A DNA stretch of 64,000 bases from the human T2T-CHM13v2.0 reference genome, Homo sapiens (GCF_009914755.1 NC_060931.1), one strand, 5' to 3'. Positions 1 to 12,100 are shown, numbered from the stretch's first letter. Translations and numbers: made by a program. The notes: generated by a model from the letters alone, not told the origin.

Positions 1-84
1 TTGCCTCTATGTCAGATTACTCTCAAAGCAAACCACGGGGCAGGTGACCTCTCTTTTGCAATTGTATTACAATTGCATTTGGTC

Positions 85-205
85 TCTAGTACCCAATCCT
101 GCTTTCCTCCTATCCTTAGAAGTGTTGTTCCCAAGTGCACACTTTACTATATGTCTGCATAAAAATTTTCATCACAGAGTCTGCTTGCAGGACCCCAAAC
201 TTAAT
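85..205 (+). mobile_element. Ancient ERVL-type LTR 3' end (LTR16-like)
   Basis: TTCCCAAGTGCAC...CATCACAGAGTCTGCTTGCAGGACCCCAAAC resembles the LTR16 3' terminus; highly diverged. Confidence 0.5.
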
Positions 206-1410
206 CAGAATCAATGAAACAATTCTAACAAGTTGAGATGATGAAAGCATTGTCCTGAAAATCCACATATAAGAGGTATATCTAAAAATTATTTGCTAGA
301 TGAAATGGAAACATTTTGAAACCCTTTTTATTAACAATGAATTTTCTTTAAAAATTTTAGTAAGCTGGACAGAGAATAAATGAAATAATAACAATGGAAA
401 TCAACTAAAAAAGCGATAGCAAAGTCAGTAATATTAATACTGAAAGCAAAATTCAACTGCTCTACACTTAATTGTTGATATCAGTAACTAATGTCAGAAG
501 CTTTGAAAGAAAATAAAGGTAAAAGAGGAAGAGATAAGTTTTGTGAGAGAAGATTAAAGATACTTGGACAGAATGTGGACACCAAACCACAAATTCTGAG
601 TAATCACAAGAAGATGATCATAATTTTACTGTTAAAATTTGTACAAAAATTACTAGAAGATTATGGCTACAAATTATTGATGATGTGATAGGATTATACC
701 TTTTGTTTTTTCATACTGTCGCTTGATAAAATGATATGGAGTAATAGTGAAATGAAAATATTAGTTTATTTTTCAAATTCAAATAGTACTTTGTGTATAA
801 ACGATTACACTAATATAATAGTATACAAATAATACTATTTGTATTCAGACAGTACTTGTATATATATTAATAGCATGAGGAATAACAGTCTTGCACCATA
901 TATATTTTAAAATAAGCAAAACTGCAAGTACAAAGGAAAAAGAGGAAGGTCTAATTAACACTGCCTAGTGTTAAGATATAATAAAAAGGAATTGGCTGGT
1001 TTGTAGTGTAATTTTGACACCACTGGTACTCTATGTTGGCAAATATTGGAAGAAAATCAGTGAGTAGCAGTTTTCCGTGGGGGGCTAAACAGGGAGCCCA
1101 GAACACAACAAAGCCACTGCATCATATGCAGTGATCGGTGATTCAGTGGATGAGTACACTCTCCTAATATGGGCACATGAGGAGTCAACACTGTGAGTTT
1201 GCTCACCCAGGGAACAGATTCCCCCAGGGGAACAGAGAAAAATCTGTGGATAGGGTGTGAGTTGTCTTGGGCTATGAACCATCAGGGCAGGCTTAATAAG
1301 TATAGACTTGCCTTTGCCTTGGCTATCATGCTAGGCAGTCACAGTCCTTAGGGAGAAGGAAGAGAAAGATGGATTTATATGAACTGTTATTTTAAACTGA
1401 CAACAAAGTA

Positions 1411-1470
1411 AGCAAACAAAACAACAATTAAAAACAAAAAAGCAAACAAAACAACAATTAAAAGCAAAAG
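1411..1470. repeat. 30-bp tandem duplication (2 copies)
   Basis: AGCAAACAAAACAACAATTAAAAACAAAAA followed by AGCAAACAAAACAACAATTAAAAGCAAAAG. Confidence 0.9.
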
Positions 1471-1574
1471 AGGAAGTCACAAAGCATTTTCTACATGCAA
1501 ATAGAAAACTAATATTGGTCCAACGAATAAAATGAAAAGGAAACAATAAACTAGGAACACCGTTTGCATTAAAG

Positions 1575-1820
1575 TTCACAGAGCATGGTTTGAGGGTCTG
1601 CTCTGGGTCAGTCAATCCCGTATTAAACTCTCATTTTAGTTTAAACTAAGAGTGTGGCTTTGGGCAGGTATATCAGCTTCTCCACGTCTCTGTGCCCTTG
1701 TCTGTAGAATAGAGATAATAATGGTGTCAATATCATGGTCTTATTGCAAGAATTAAATATAATGAAAACTGTAAAGGTCTTGGCACAATTCCTGGCCCAT
1801 CTGTATTATTATTACTATTA
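1575..1820 (+). mobile_element. MIR SINE
   Basis: core TGTGGCTTTGGGCAGGT...TCTGTAGAATAGAGATAATAAT...TGGCACAATTCCTGGCCCAT matches the MIR core and 3' end. Confidence 0.8.
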
Positions 1821-2044
1821 TTAAAATAAATGAAAGCAGATAAACACAAATAAAGATATATATATATTTGTATATATACACACATTAGGGTATGAAAAAT
1901 AATTTTAAACATAGAAATTCTCATGGTTAATATGTATTAAAATGTTGAATATCAGTAGTAAAAGATACGCAGTTTAATACTCCTAATTTTTCCTACCAAG
2001 TTAGTAAAGTTCAAAAACTGATGGCACAATTTAAATTGCTGCCT

Positions 2045-2290
2045 CACTGTTAGCAAGGATGAAGTAAAAGAGACATTTCTATATGGTCCTGCTAGAATTA
2101 TAAATTGGTGCAACCTCTTTACAATTCTGTTTGACTGTATAATAATAGCTGTAAAATAATTTGATCAAGTATTTCATCTATTAGAATATATTTTAAAGAA
2201 AAAATTAGACAAAGATTGATGCATAAAGGTATTTATTACAGTATTGTAGGATATTCGAAAAGTGTCAGAAACAAATTACCGTATTACAGA
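2045..2290 (+). mobile_element. Old L1M (ME-like) fragment
   Basis: TGTTAGCAAGGATG...TAAATTGGTGCAACCTCTTT resembles the end of L1M ORF2. Confidence 0.55.
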
Positions 2291-2371
2291 TACTGGTTTT
2301 TTGTTCGTTTGTTTTGTTTTGCTGGTCTCAGTTTAATAAGCGTAGAATCTAGACCTTGAAAAGGCAGCATG

Positions 2372-2487
2372 AGTATCACTGTTTGAAAATTAGAATTTCA
2401 GGTCACACCCTAGCCCTTCTAAAACAGAATTTGCATTTTAGTAAGATCCCCAAGTATTTTGTACAAACATTAAAATTGAGAAGCACG
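2372..2487 (+). mobile_element. MER5A/MER5A1 (hAT-Charlie) fragment
   Basis: CAGAATTTGCATTTTAGTAAGATCCCCAAGT...ACATTAAAATTGAGAAGCAC. Confidence 0.7.
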
Positions 2488-4817
2488 ATTGCATTAAGTT
2501 TGATAAACAACCAGGTTTGTTAACTGATGTGGAAGTTCAGGGAAAGCGTGAGAGTAAGACATCACTGTTTAATATGAGTTGGTTGCACTTAACCTCAAAA
2601 GTATTTCGTCTGTTAACTGTTTTATCGGAGTGATTAACATATAATTAAATTTCAAGGACTGTTTACAAAAAAAAAAAAAACTTAGCCATGGAATGAAACT
2701 GTTTCATAATTACAGAGCAATAACTATTGTACATAATTATTTTCTATAGGATATTTATGACCATGATTAATATGGAAAACATCAAGATATCCACAGAGCT
2801 ATGAGAATGAACTGAATAGAGAAACTAAGTTATAACACTAACACAAACTACTAGGACATAACTCAAAGCAATGTGTCTTAGTTTTGCTGTATTCGGCAGT
2901 AGTAGTAGCAACAAAATAAAGGTAGCTGGAGGCTCCTTGTACCACACAAATTTGAAAAGACCAAGAAGCCAAGAGTAACAGACTTTGAGTCTTCAACAGT
3001 TAATCCCTCTATGGTCTATGCATGTTTATACACTGTTCAAAGGAGCATTTGTCATGCATCCCAAAATTGTACCAAAACAAACCCCATTTTCTACTACAAA
3101 CAAACAATAAGCAAAAGAAACAGTATGATGGAATCAGTTTTTAAAATCATTTCAATGGGAGCAAAATATTGTTATTGCATGATCAAAGCTTGGCATCTTT
3201 CAGGAGAATAATTAGTACAGTCAGTCCAGATCTGATATTAATGTCATAAAATCTGACAAATCACAGCTGGAATCCTCCTAGAAGAATGAGGAGAGAGGCT
3301 AAGAATCAAATGCTTAAAGATTTTGTTTGCACCATGAAAGGGTTTAGAAATGCAGCTCAGCTGAATTTGGAGTCAGTAATTCTTTATTTTATTTATATAA
3401 AGTGTTCTTATATTCAAGTTTCTTAATCACTGCTGTCATATGATTGATTTACACAGAGATAATATAATGTCGATTTGATTCTTCACCTCACACCAAAGAA
3501 TATGCCTTTCTCTAAAGGCAAAGGCTATAAGTGAATTGTGTGTCCCATTCCTTTATTATTTTATGAGACAAAATTTATTTTAAGCTTCTGAAGAAGCTGC
3601 CTTCCTCTGCTTGGCTGGGTTCATAGCCATCATTGCAAGTGTTGTGAGAGACTTAAGGAATCATGTTGCCAGCACATTGGCAGAAGATGAGGAACAGAGA
3701 AACATGGAAAATATTTTTCAAGAAATTACTTCACCCTAGAAGAAGAGACAAATAGAGACATAGCATGGCTGATTAAGGGATGGTGTAAGTACCACTGTGT
3801 ACACCATCTATTTTTATACATTTGTTAATCACAAGCAAGAAAGAAACTTCCAAAACATAAACAGTAGAGCAAAGATGTTAGATACGAAATAGTGGCATTA
3901 ATGTCAAACAGATAAATGAGAAATAGACAATTACAGTAACAATAATTTCATGTTACTTAAAGCCTAACTTTTGAGAGGTTATGCTATTTTTAGAGGAAAG
4001 TTATGGCAGCACAGAAAATTGTGGATTTAATTCAGCATAATAATTTATGGTCAGAAACTACTGTGGAATTTTTTTGTTCTAAATTTCTGTAGGGTTTATA
4101 TAGCTTTAGGTGGATTCCCCTCTGCAGTAACATCAAATATATTTTATTAGTTATACCAACTACCACAGCCTACAGAGGAGCTTGGATATACATACTAAAA
4201 TAAAATACCCCCTAAAAATATTTGCATAATCTGAGATGCTTTCAAATTATAACTCTACCAGAGATTTTTGGGGTGCCTGCTTTGCTAATTTTTTTCCCAA
4301 AAACCACTGAGTAAAGCTCTGAATTCAGAGAATTTGGTCTCCATTTCATGGCTTATTGCTTGAGGATTAGACATCTGGTCCAATCAGAGCCAATTAAATT
4401 CCTCTAGTTTCTAGTTTACATTTATTTGGTATGAGAAGTTGCATCTGGCTGTAATGGCTCCTAAATGTGGAGAGTACCTGGTTTTTGGAGTACTTTGGTT
4501 GCAAAAAAGAGACCAAAGAAGATTTCCAGTGAAAATATAGCTGGAATATGCCATACACTTGGTTCAATTAGAGCTCCCAAATTCCTGGTTGAGAAACACT
4601 CTCCCTTAAGGTCACTGCTAGTGCCACAGCCTTGGCCGCAGGGTCATAAACCCTTTTGAGGTTCCACAGTACTCAATTCCATCATTTAAAAGAAGGTAAC
4701 AACAACAAAACTAACAAACTATCTTTGTATTGTCAGATTAGTGCCTAAGATTCAAAGTCCCTTTTATGATTTAATTACATATATCATGTTTTGAAAAGGA
4801 GCACATATATTTAATGT

Positions 4818-5053
4818 TTTAAATAACTGCTGAGTTGCTCGCAGTCTAAACCATATTTTATCATTGCAGTATTTATGACAGTCTATTTTAATCATTACAT
4901 TTATTGCATAATTTTTTATTTCATAATCTAGCATATTATCTTCACAAATATCTAACTTATGCAATAAGCATAATGGTTAAAATAAACTGTCTTAAATACT
5001 TCAGTGATAAAACATGATTTAGACTGTGAGAGTCAACCCAGCAGTTATTTAAA
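4818..5053. repeat. 236-bp imperfect palindrome, probably an ancient hairpin-type non-autonomous DNA element (MER135/Eulor-like class)
   Basis: Arms 4818-4911 and 4957-5053 are reverse complements at 82/94 aligned positions plus one 3-nt indel; 45-nt loop. The family name is tentative. Confidence 0.8.
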
Positions 5054-5499
5054 CTCAACTGTTCCAACTTCTCAAAGACTGATCATACTCAGAATATAAT
5101 CTAAAATTCTTTATGCGTTCTGCAAGGTCCTATGATCAGACACCTGGATGTCTTTCCAATGGTATTTTCTGACGTATTTCCCCTTGCTCAGATGCGTCGG
5201 CAATACCAAGTCACCTGCTATTTCTTAATCTTATTAAGCAGGGTCTATACTTGGGTCCTTGCTATTGACTGTTCCTGGGACTTTGGTCCCTTGAATAGTC
5301 AAATGCTCTCATTCAAGTTTCTCCTTAAATGAAATTTCATCATTAAATCCTTTCCTAACAATTCTGTTTATATTAGCATCCCATCTCCATGATTCTCTAC
5401 CATCTCTCCATCATTCTTTACTTACCTTAATTAATTTTTTCTTTGACTTCTTACAACTTGATATCTTACATATTCAGTTTCTGATTCTTGCCCTAGCAC

Positions 5500-5540
5500 C
5501 ACACACACACACGCACGCACACACACACACACACACACAC
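5500..5540. repeat. (CA)n microsatellite
   Basis: ~20 CA units with two CG interruptions. Confidence 0.95.
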
Positions 5541-5564
5541 TCTCCACACTGACAGGAATGTAAT

Positions 5565-5972
5565 TGCATTAGTCCGTTCTCACGCTGCTATAAAAAACTG
5601 CCCAAGACTGGGTAATTTATAAAGGAAACAGGTTTAATTGACTCACAAATCTGCGGGTCTTGGGAGGCCTCAGGAAACTCACAATCATGGCAGAAGGGAA
5701 AGGAGAAGCAGGCAGCTTCTTCATAGGGCGGCAGGATGGGGTGAGTGCAAGCAGGGGAAATGGCAGATGTTTATAACACCATCAAATCTCGTGAGAACTC
5801 ACTCACTATCACAACAGCATGAGAATAACTGCCTCCATGATTCAATTACCTCCCACCAGATCCCTCCCACGACACGTGGGGATTATGGGAACTACAAGAT
5901 GAGATTTGGGTGGGGACACAGTCAAACCAGTCAAACCATGACTGGTTTGACCAAACCAGTCAAACCATGTCA
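5565..5972 (-). mobile_element. THE1D-type MaLR solo LTR
   Basis: TGCATTAGTCCGTTCTCAC...GAGAACTCACTCACTATC...GAGATTTGGGTGGGGACACAG...CAAACCATGTCA. Confidence 0.9.
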
Positions 5973-7008
5973 AACTCCAATTTAAGAATTCTTTTTTCAT
6001 TGTAATATTCCATACACTTTTAAGGATGACTAAATTATGGTATGCACTCAAAAATATGGGTTGAATGAACTAGCAATATGGCAATAGATTACTACAGATG
6101 ATTTTTTTTCAGGAGGTAATACTCAGGAACTTTCAGCATCCATGTTTCTTGACATTCCAAATCCTTAATTTTATAGTTGAAGAACCTAATGGTAAGAATA
6201 ATGAATACTGTGCAGCTGGGAGACTGAATGCCTTGATTCTATTTTATGTTTTCAGGTGGGTTTTCTTTTAGATGATAAATCGTTTTTAATCCACATATAA
6301 TGCATATATTTAGAAAAACTACTTATATAAGTAATTGGCCTTCATCTCTAGGCCTTGTGGTATTTGACTTGTAAATTAGGGTGTAGGGTCATTAAAGATG
6401 AAGATAATTTTTTATTGTATTTAGTATCTTTGTATTATCAGAATATAGCCCCAGTAAAAATACAGAGCAAGATAGTTACATAGAAAAAAATCTTGTTGTA
6501 TGTTGAGAAAATTTGTGTTGCAAAATTTTATCAATTGTCAATGAATGAAATACTTGAAAAATTGAGGAATATAAGGAGATTTTGGATAGATGACTTTCAG
6601 ATACCTTAAAATCTATTTGTGGATATAATATATGTATAGGCAAAGGAATTACAGTGCAAGGTAAGAATAAGACAAACTAATGGTAGAAGAAGCAAGTTAA
6701 ACTTTGATCTAAGAAGATAGCTTAGAGTCAGGAAAGTCTTTATAGAGGAGGGACAATAGCACCTATATTGGTGATAAAATATAAACATTTTCCTAGATTA
6801 CCCAAATGAAAAACAATTTAATAAATTAATAGCATATTAATTATTTAAACCTGAAATATAAAAACAGAATACATAATATGATTAAAGCTTTGTAACCCAA
6901 CCAGGGTCATATGTAAAACTCTAGGTGACCAATTGACTACCACAAAAGACGTTATAATTCCTATTTACTCCAGACATAAAGAGTTACTGCTGGCACAGCT
7001 TCTTTTCC

Positions 7009-7088
7009 TTTGAAAAGGAACACATACCTTTAATGTTTTAAATGCCTGCTGAGCTGACTATAGCTCACAAGTATAGACAATGTTTATC
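7009..7088 (+). repeat. Diverged direct copy of 4790-4862 (left end of the palindromic element plus upstream sequence)
   Basis: 7009-7056 vs 4790-4837: 42/48 identical, ungapped; weaker gapped similarity to ~7088. Confidence 0.75.
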
Positions 7089-9084
7089 TTCCTAATGCCC
7101 AGAAAAGTGATGACATATCAAAATAAAGTGAACAAACAGCCCTTTTTAATGCTTACAATAGTGAATGGGTCTGAGCAATTTGCATTCCAGATCAAACTGA
7201 AAAGGAAACTAATCAAAAGCTCCATGGATCAGTGACACAATATGATTTCAAATTTGATCCTTGTTATTCAAAGAATCTGAAAGTCTGTTTGTATCAAGCT
7301 GATTATCTATTTTATTAAAATCCTTAATGATCATATGAATAGGGCAGTTGTTTGAGGGACCTGCTTTATTATATATCTACCTGAATCTATTTGCTGTATC
7401 ATTTCTATACACATTTTTGTTGTCATCATTTAGAAATGCTGTATTTCTTTTGTCTCTCTTTCCTCCTCCCTGCTCCAGACTTTCCTTTGCTCTAACCATA
7501 CACACATTGGAACACAAGCACACACGTACACAGCACAGCAATAGATGCACAAATGACAATTACTTCATTATCCTTATAATTGAAATTAGCCTAAGGTAAG
7601 GCTCAGGCTAACCAGTGAGAATCTCTATAGATACCGAACATAAAGCTTTTCATATGAGCATAACATAAAGCTTTTCATAAAGCTTTTCATATGAAGAGTT
7701 AAAAATGAAATCATCAAGTGGAGTGGTCTCTGCACACTTCCCTTCACGTTACAAAAAGGGACTCAAAATGAGTAATTTTTACATGAAAGGAATTTTTTCT
7801 TGTCCTTCTTTTACTGTCCCTAATATAATCCTTAATAAATCTGCCTAATATCCCAAAGAACAGACAGTTCAAGAAAATAAACAAGTAGGGCCAGGAAAGA
7901 GTAAATCTCTAACAAAGAAATGAGAGATTAAATAAACTTAAATAAAAAGGGAAATGTATAGTAGACTTTTGCCACTTGAAATAGTAAATATCAGTGATAT
8001 GAAAAATTTGATGTAACTGAATATCTGATTCCCTCACCTATGTGAAAGAAGTAAGTCATTATTGCATATATCTTTTTATTCCACTGATAAAATGTCCAAC
8101 TCTTTCTGAAACTTATCCTTTGTTTACTTCTCAGTTATAACCTTATGACATGGTTGGAAATTTTATAACAAATTTTACAGTAAAAACTTAAGGAAAGATA
8201 CAAAGTATTTCCTTGAAAGATAATATAAAAAATAAAGAGCTTGTGCCATTAAATTAATATTTAAAAATTATATTCTAATTATCTTATTACAATTAAATTT
8301 CATGTTCCAAAATAAAAAGTCTAGGTGATTACCATACTTAATTTAATTTAAATTAAAAATTGATACTTTATGATAAAAATTTATTTCAGGATTTATACCC
8401 ACGGAAAATCTATTGCGTGTATCCTTGAGACAGCAGTTTTCTGCTTTCTCAAAGAAAGACCTTAACATTAATGGATTTCATATGTTGGGTCCTTTCCTGT
8501 ATGTACGCAGGCAGTTAGATGTCCATTTTCCAAAACTATGAAATTATTTCAGTGAGTCTTAGACCATCCCAGAACTAATATTACTCTTTTTCTGACTTTC
8601 TTTAAAAGACTTTGTTGAGAGGCATAGGAAGAAGGGAGTCTATTTCTATAAACTCGGTTGAAATTCGAAGCTTTAAAGAAGCAAAATCAATTTCCGTCAA
8701 ATAGAAATAACTTTTGATGACTCTGAAGGGATTTTTTTGTGTGTATGTGTGCAAGGAGCAGGATAATTCCAGGGAAAATTTCAGATTGCCGGCGGAGGGG
8801 ATACTACAAAGACCTTATATGGACTTCACTGGATACATTTAGATGCTATAAAATTATAGCATTTAATGTGTTAGGAATATCTTCTGGTATTATTCTAACT
8901 GTGTTCCCCACATCCAGAAACATTTCTCAAAGATGTTGCCACTGGGGGTAGCAGTGGGATGGGAGTGGAAGTGAGAAAGGAACGCTTGGACTATGAATCT
9001 TGCTTCAATGAGAAGAGATCCATTTTATGAACTTCCAATTTTGAGCTTTCCTGTTGAGTTTCACTCAAAGAAAAATATGTGTCC

Positions 9085-9590
9085 ATTTTGGACCTCTAGA
9101 AAGTAGATGCCGATATGGAATTTGGAGTGTAAGATATTGGTTGTGGGAAATATCTGTGAAGGACAGAGGTGAGAATGAGCAAGCATACATGGAATAGAAT
9201 AATCTTAGTCCTTAGAGAAGTAGATGCCAAAGTGGGATTAAAAATATCCAGATTTCATGTAAGAAACTTGTATGAAAGGAAATAGGAGGCCAGAAAAGGC
9301 TTGTATGGCTATAAAACCATGGCACCAGTCTGATTCTAAAGAAAAGGAAAGGAGGGATGGATGGGAGTCTCTCAGACAGCTGTCTAATCTTATAGAGGAT
9401 CAGCAAGACCTTTCAAAGAATTCTCAAGTTAAGGTTGGCCTTCCAAAGATACCCATGTCTACCAGGAAAAGGGCTGCCTTAGCATCCACTTAGCATCCAC
9501 TTAGCAAACACTCAGTCCTTTGCAGGGAGCATCACATGGATAGTGAAGTCTAATTACAAACTTGGGCAATGGATGTCTCATTACAAACTT
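9085..9590 (-). mobile_element. Ancient ERVL-type LTR remnants (LTR16/LTR33 group), apparently two tandem starts
   Basis: Two related motifs, AGAAAGTAGATGCCGATATGG (~9100) and AGAAGTAGATGCCAAAGTGG (~9216), resemble ERVL LTR termini. Confidence 0.4.
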
Positions 9591-9597
9591 GGCAATT

Positions 9598-9835
9598 GAT
9601 GAGAGCTAAGTGATGATAACTCATGGACATAAAGGGGAATAACAGACACTGGGTCCTACTTGAGAATGGAAGGTGGGTGGAGGGAGAGGATCGGAAAAAA
9701 TTACTATTAAGTACTAAGATTAGTATCTGGGTGAGGAAATAATCTGTACAAAAAAACCCTGTAACACGAATTTACCTGTATAACAAACCTGCACATGTAC
9801 CTCTGAACCTAAAATAAAAGCTCAAAAAAAAAAAG
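9598..9835 (+). mobile_element. L1PA13-16 3' end
   Basis: GAGCTAAG...AACAAACCTGCACATGTACCTCTGAACCTAAAATAAAAG plus A-tail. Confidence 0.85.
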
Positions 9836-9924
9836 AAAGATCTTTCTTGAAGAAAGACCTAGGTGGTACACCTTCGTGGCTGCCATAGGATTTCATAGAA
9901 AAAACAAGTTTGAAAATGACTTAT

Positions 9925-10065
9925 CTAGTAAATCTCTCATTTTACAGCTTATAAAATTTAACAACTAAATGAAATGACTTTCCAAAATCACAGTTACTTG
10001 TTATACAGACAAGACTGAAACCCAAATATCTTTATCCTCTACTCAGAATTATTTCTACCATACTT
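9925..10065 (-). mobile_element. MIR fragment
   Basis: CTCTCATTTTACAG...AAATGACTTTCCAAAATCACAG. Confidence 0.6.
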
Positions 10066-10534
10066 CCGGGCTTTTCCAATATTTACTTATGCAATAAAAC
10101 CAATTCTGTGGATCTTTGTTATTCTCACCATCAAAGACTTTAAATAATTACAGGATGAAGAGATATCACAATTTGGACTTGCATTCTAATTAAATTTTTA
10201 TTTCCCTTCTTTACACATGTTGAAATTGTTCATGAAATTCTCAGAGTTTACCTTATAGACAAGTGTTAAGGATAACATTTTTCAATTAATTTTTAAAAAT
10301 CAACTGCCATTGATTTGCAAATGAAGAAATAAAGCCATGGTCAGAGGTAAATTGCCTTGCCTGTCTGAACAGCGAGAGACTATTCAGGGTAGTGTAACTC
10401 ATCTAACCAAGAGAGCATCAAAATAAAATAAACATGATTTCTTTGCATGTGGTTATTTTCATGCATTTAAAGATGGTTCTGTTGGCAAGATTTCTTGCTT
10501 TTTGTTAACAACAAGGAAGTCATAAAAATCAAAC

Positions 10535-10784
10535 TGCTGTGTGCAGTGGCTCATGCCTATAATTACCAATTTGGGAGGCCAAAGATGGAGGATTGCTTGA
10601 GCCCAGGAGTTAGAGACCCATTCACTACAAAATATACAAATAATTAGCCAGGAGTGCTGGTATGTGCCTGTAGTCCTAGCTACTGGGGAGGCTGAGGTAG
10701 GAGGATGTCGAAGTTGCAGTGAGCTGTGATCTTTCTACTGCACTCTAGACTGAATGACATAGTGAGACCTGTCTATTTAAAAAA
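10535..10784 (+). mobile_element. AluJ with two internal deletions
   Basis: GGATTGCTTGAGCCCAGGAG (J-diagnostic); dimer shortened to ~250 bp. Confidence 0.85.
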
Positions 10785-11364
10785 GTAATAATAACTCATT
10801 TATCATTCATTAAATAGTACGTGCTCTTAAAACCCTGCTTCTGTGATTTTTAAATTATGACTTTATAGAAATACTTTATGGTACTTTTTTTGACACTCAA
10901 GACAAATAAATACGATGAATGTTAAACGTTTCACAAAACAAATTTAATAAATAAAGTTAAATGAAAAAGGTAGATTTTAGTGCTGTTATTTCTGTGATAT
11001 TGGGTCTCTCTAAGAAGTTATAGATTAAGGTTTTTCATATTTTCACCTGTTCTCCTAACTTTTTGAATTGTTGAATAGTATACATGTTATTCATTTCTTA
11101 ACTTTGCTCTTATGTGTATTCTAGAATAATGTTTATAATTTATTGCCAACATAGAAATTATATGAGGGTTCTATGAGGGCTTCTGACTGCATGTTCAGTA
11201 ATGTCTTTTTCCTGATTGTTTCAGAAGAAAATAGAATGAAACAGACAACAACATAAAATGACACTGACATTAACTGTATCAGAACTGATTTTTAAAATCA
11301 CAATTATATTTTATATTTTAAATTATATTTGATACACAGCTGTGAAATTTGTGGTATTTTGTAT

Positions 11365-12100
11365 TCATTTTATTTTTAATTGGCACATAATAATTGTATG
11401 GGGTACAATGTGATACATTGTATAACGACCAAATCAGGACATTTAACAAATTGTTCACCTCAAATATTTATCATTTCTTTGTGATAAGAACATTCAGAAT
11501 TCTCTCTTCTAGCTATTTTAAATTATATAATAAATATTGTTAACTATATTCACCCTGCTGTATAATAGAACACCAGAATGTATACTGTATCAGTTGTAAC
11601 ATTGTACCCATTGACCAACCTCTTCTTATCCACTGCCACCCATCCACCCCAGATTCTGGTAAGGGCTTTTCTATTCTTTACTTCTATGAGATCAACTTTT
11701 CTTGATTCCAAATATGTGTGTGATCATGCAGTATTTGTCTTTCTGTGTCTGGCTTATTTCACTTCACATAATGTTCTCCAGGTTCATCCACGTTGTCCCA
11801 AGTGATGGGATTTCATTTTTTATTGCTGAATAGCAATAAAATGTGGTATATATACCACAATGGCATATATATCATTCCATTGTGTATATATACCACGTTT
11901 TCTTTGTTCATTCATCTGTTGATAGGCATTTAGGTAGATTTCACTTCTCGGCTATGCTGCAATGAACACGAAAGTGTCGATACCGCTTGACATGCTGATT
12001 TCATTTCCTTTAAGTAAATACCTTGTAGTGGAATTGCTGGATCATATGGTAGTTCTATTTTTAATTTTTTTGAGGAAACTCCATGCTATTTTCCATAATG
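11365..12100 (-). mobile_element. L1MA (MA4/5-like) 3' end
   Basis: GGGTACAATGTGAT...CTAGCTATTTT...GATCATATGGTAGTTCTATTTTTAATTTTTTTGAGGAAACTCCAT. Confidence 0.85.

Noticed and set aside
781-845. AT-rich inverted repeats (TACAAATA..TATTTGTA)
   Set aside because: Short stems in very AT-rich sequence are expected by chance
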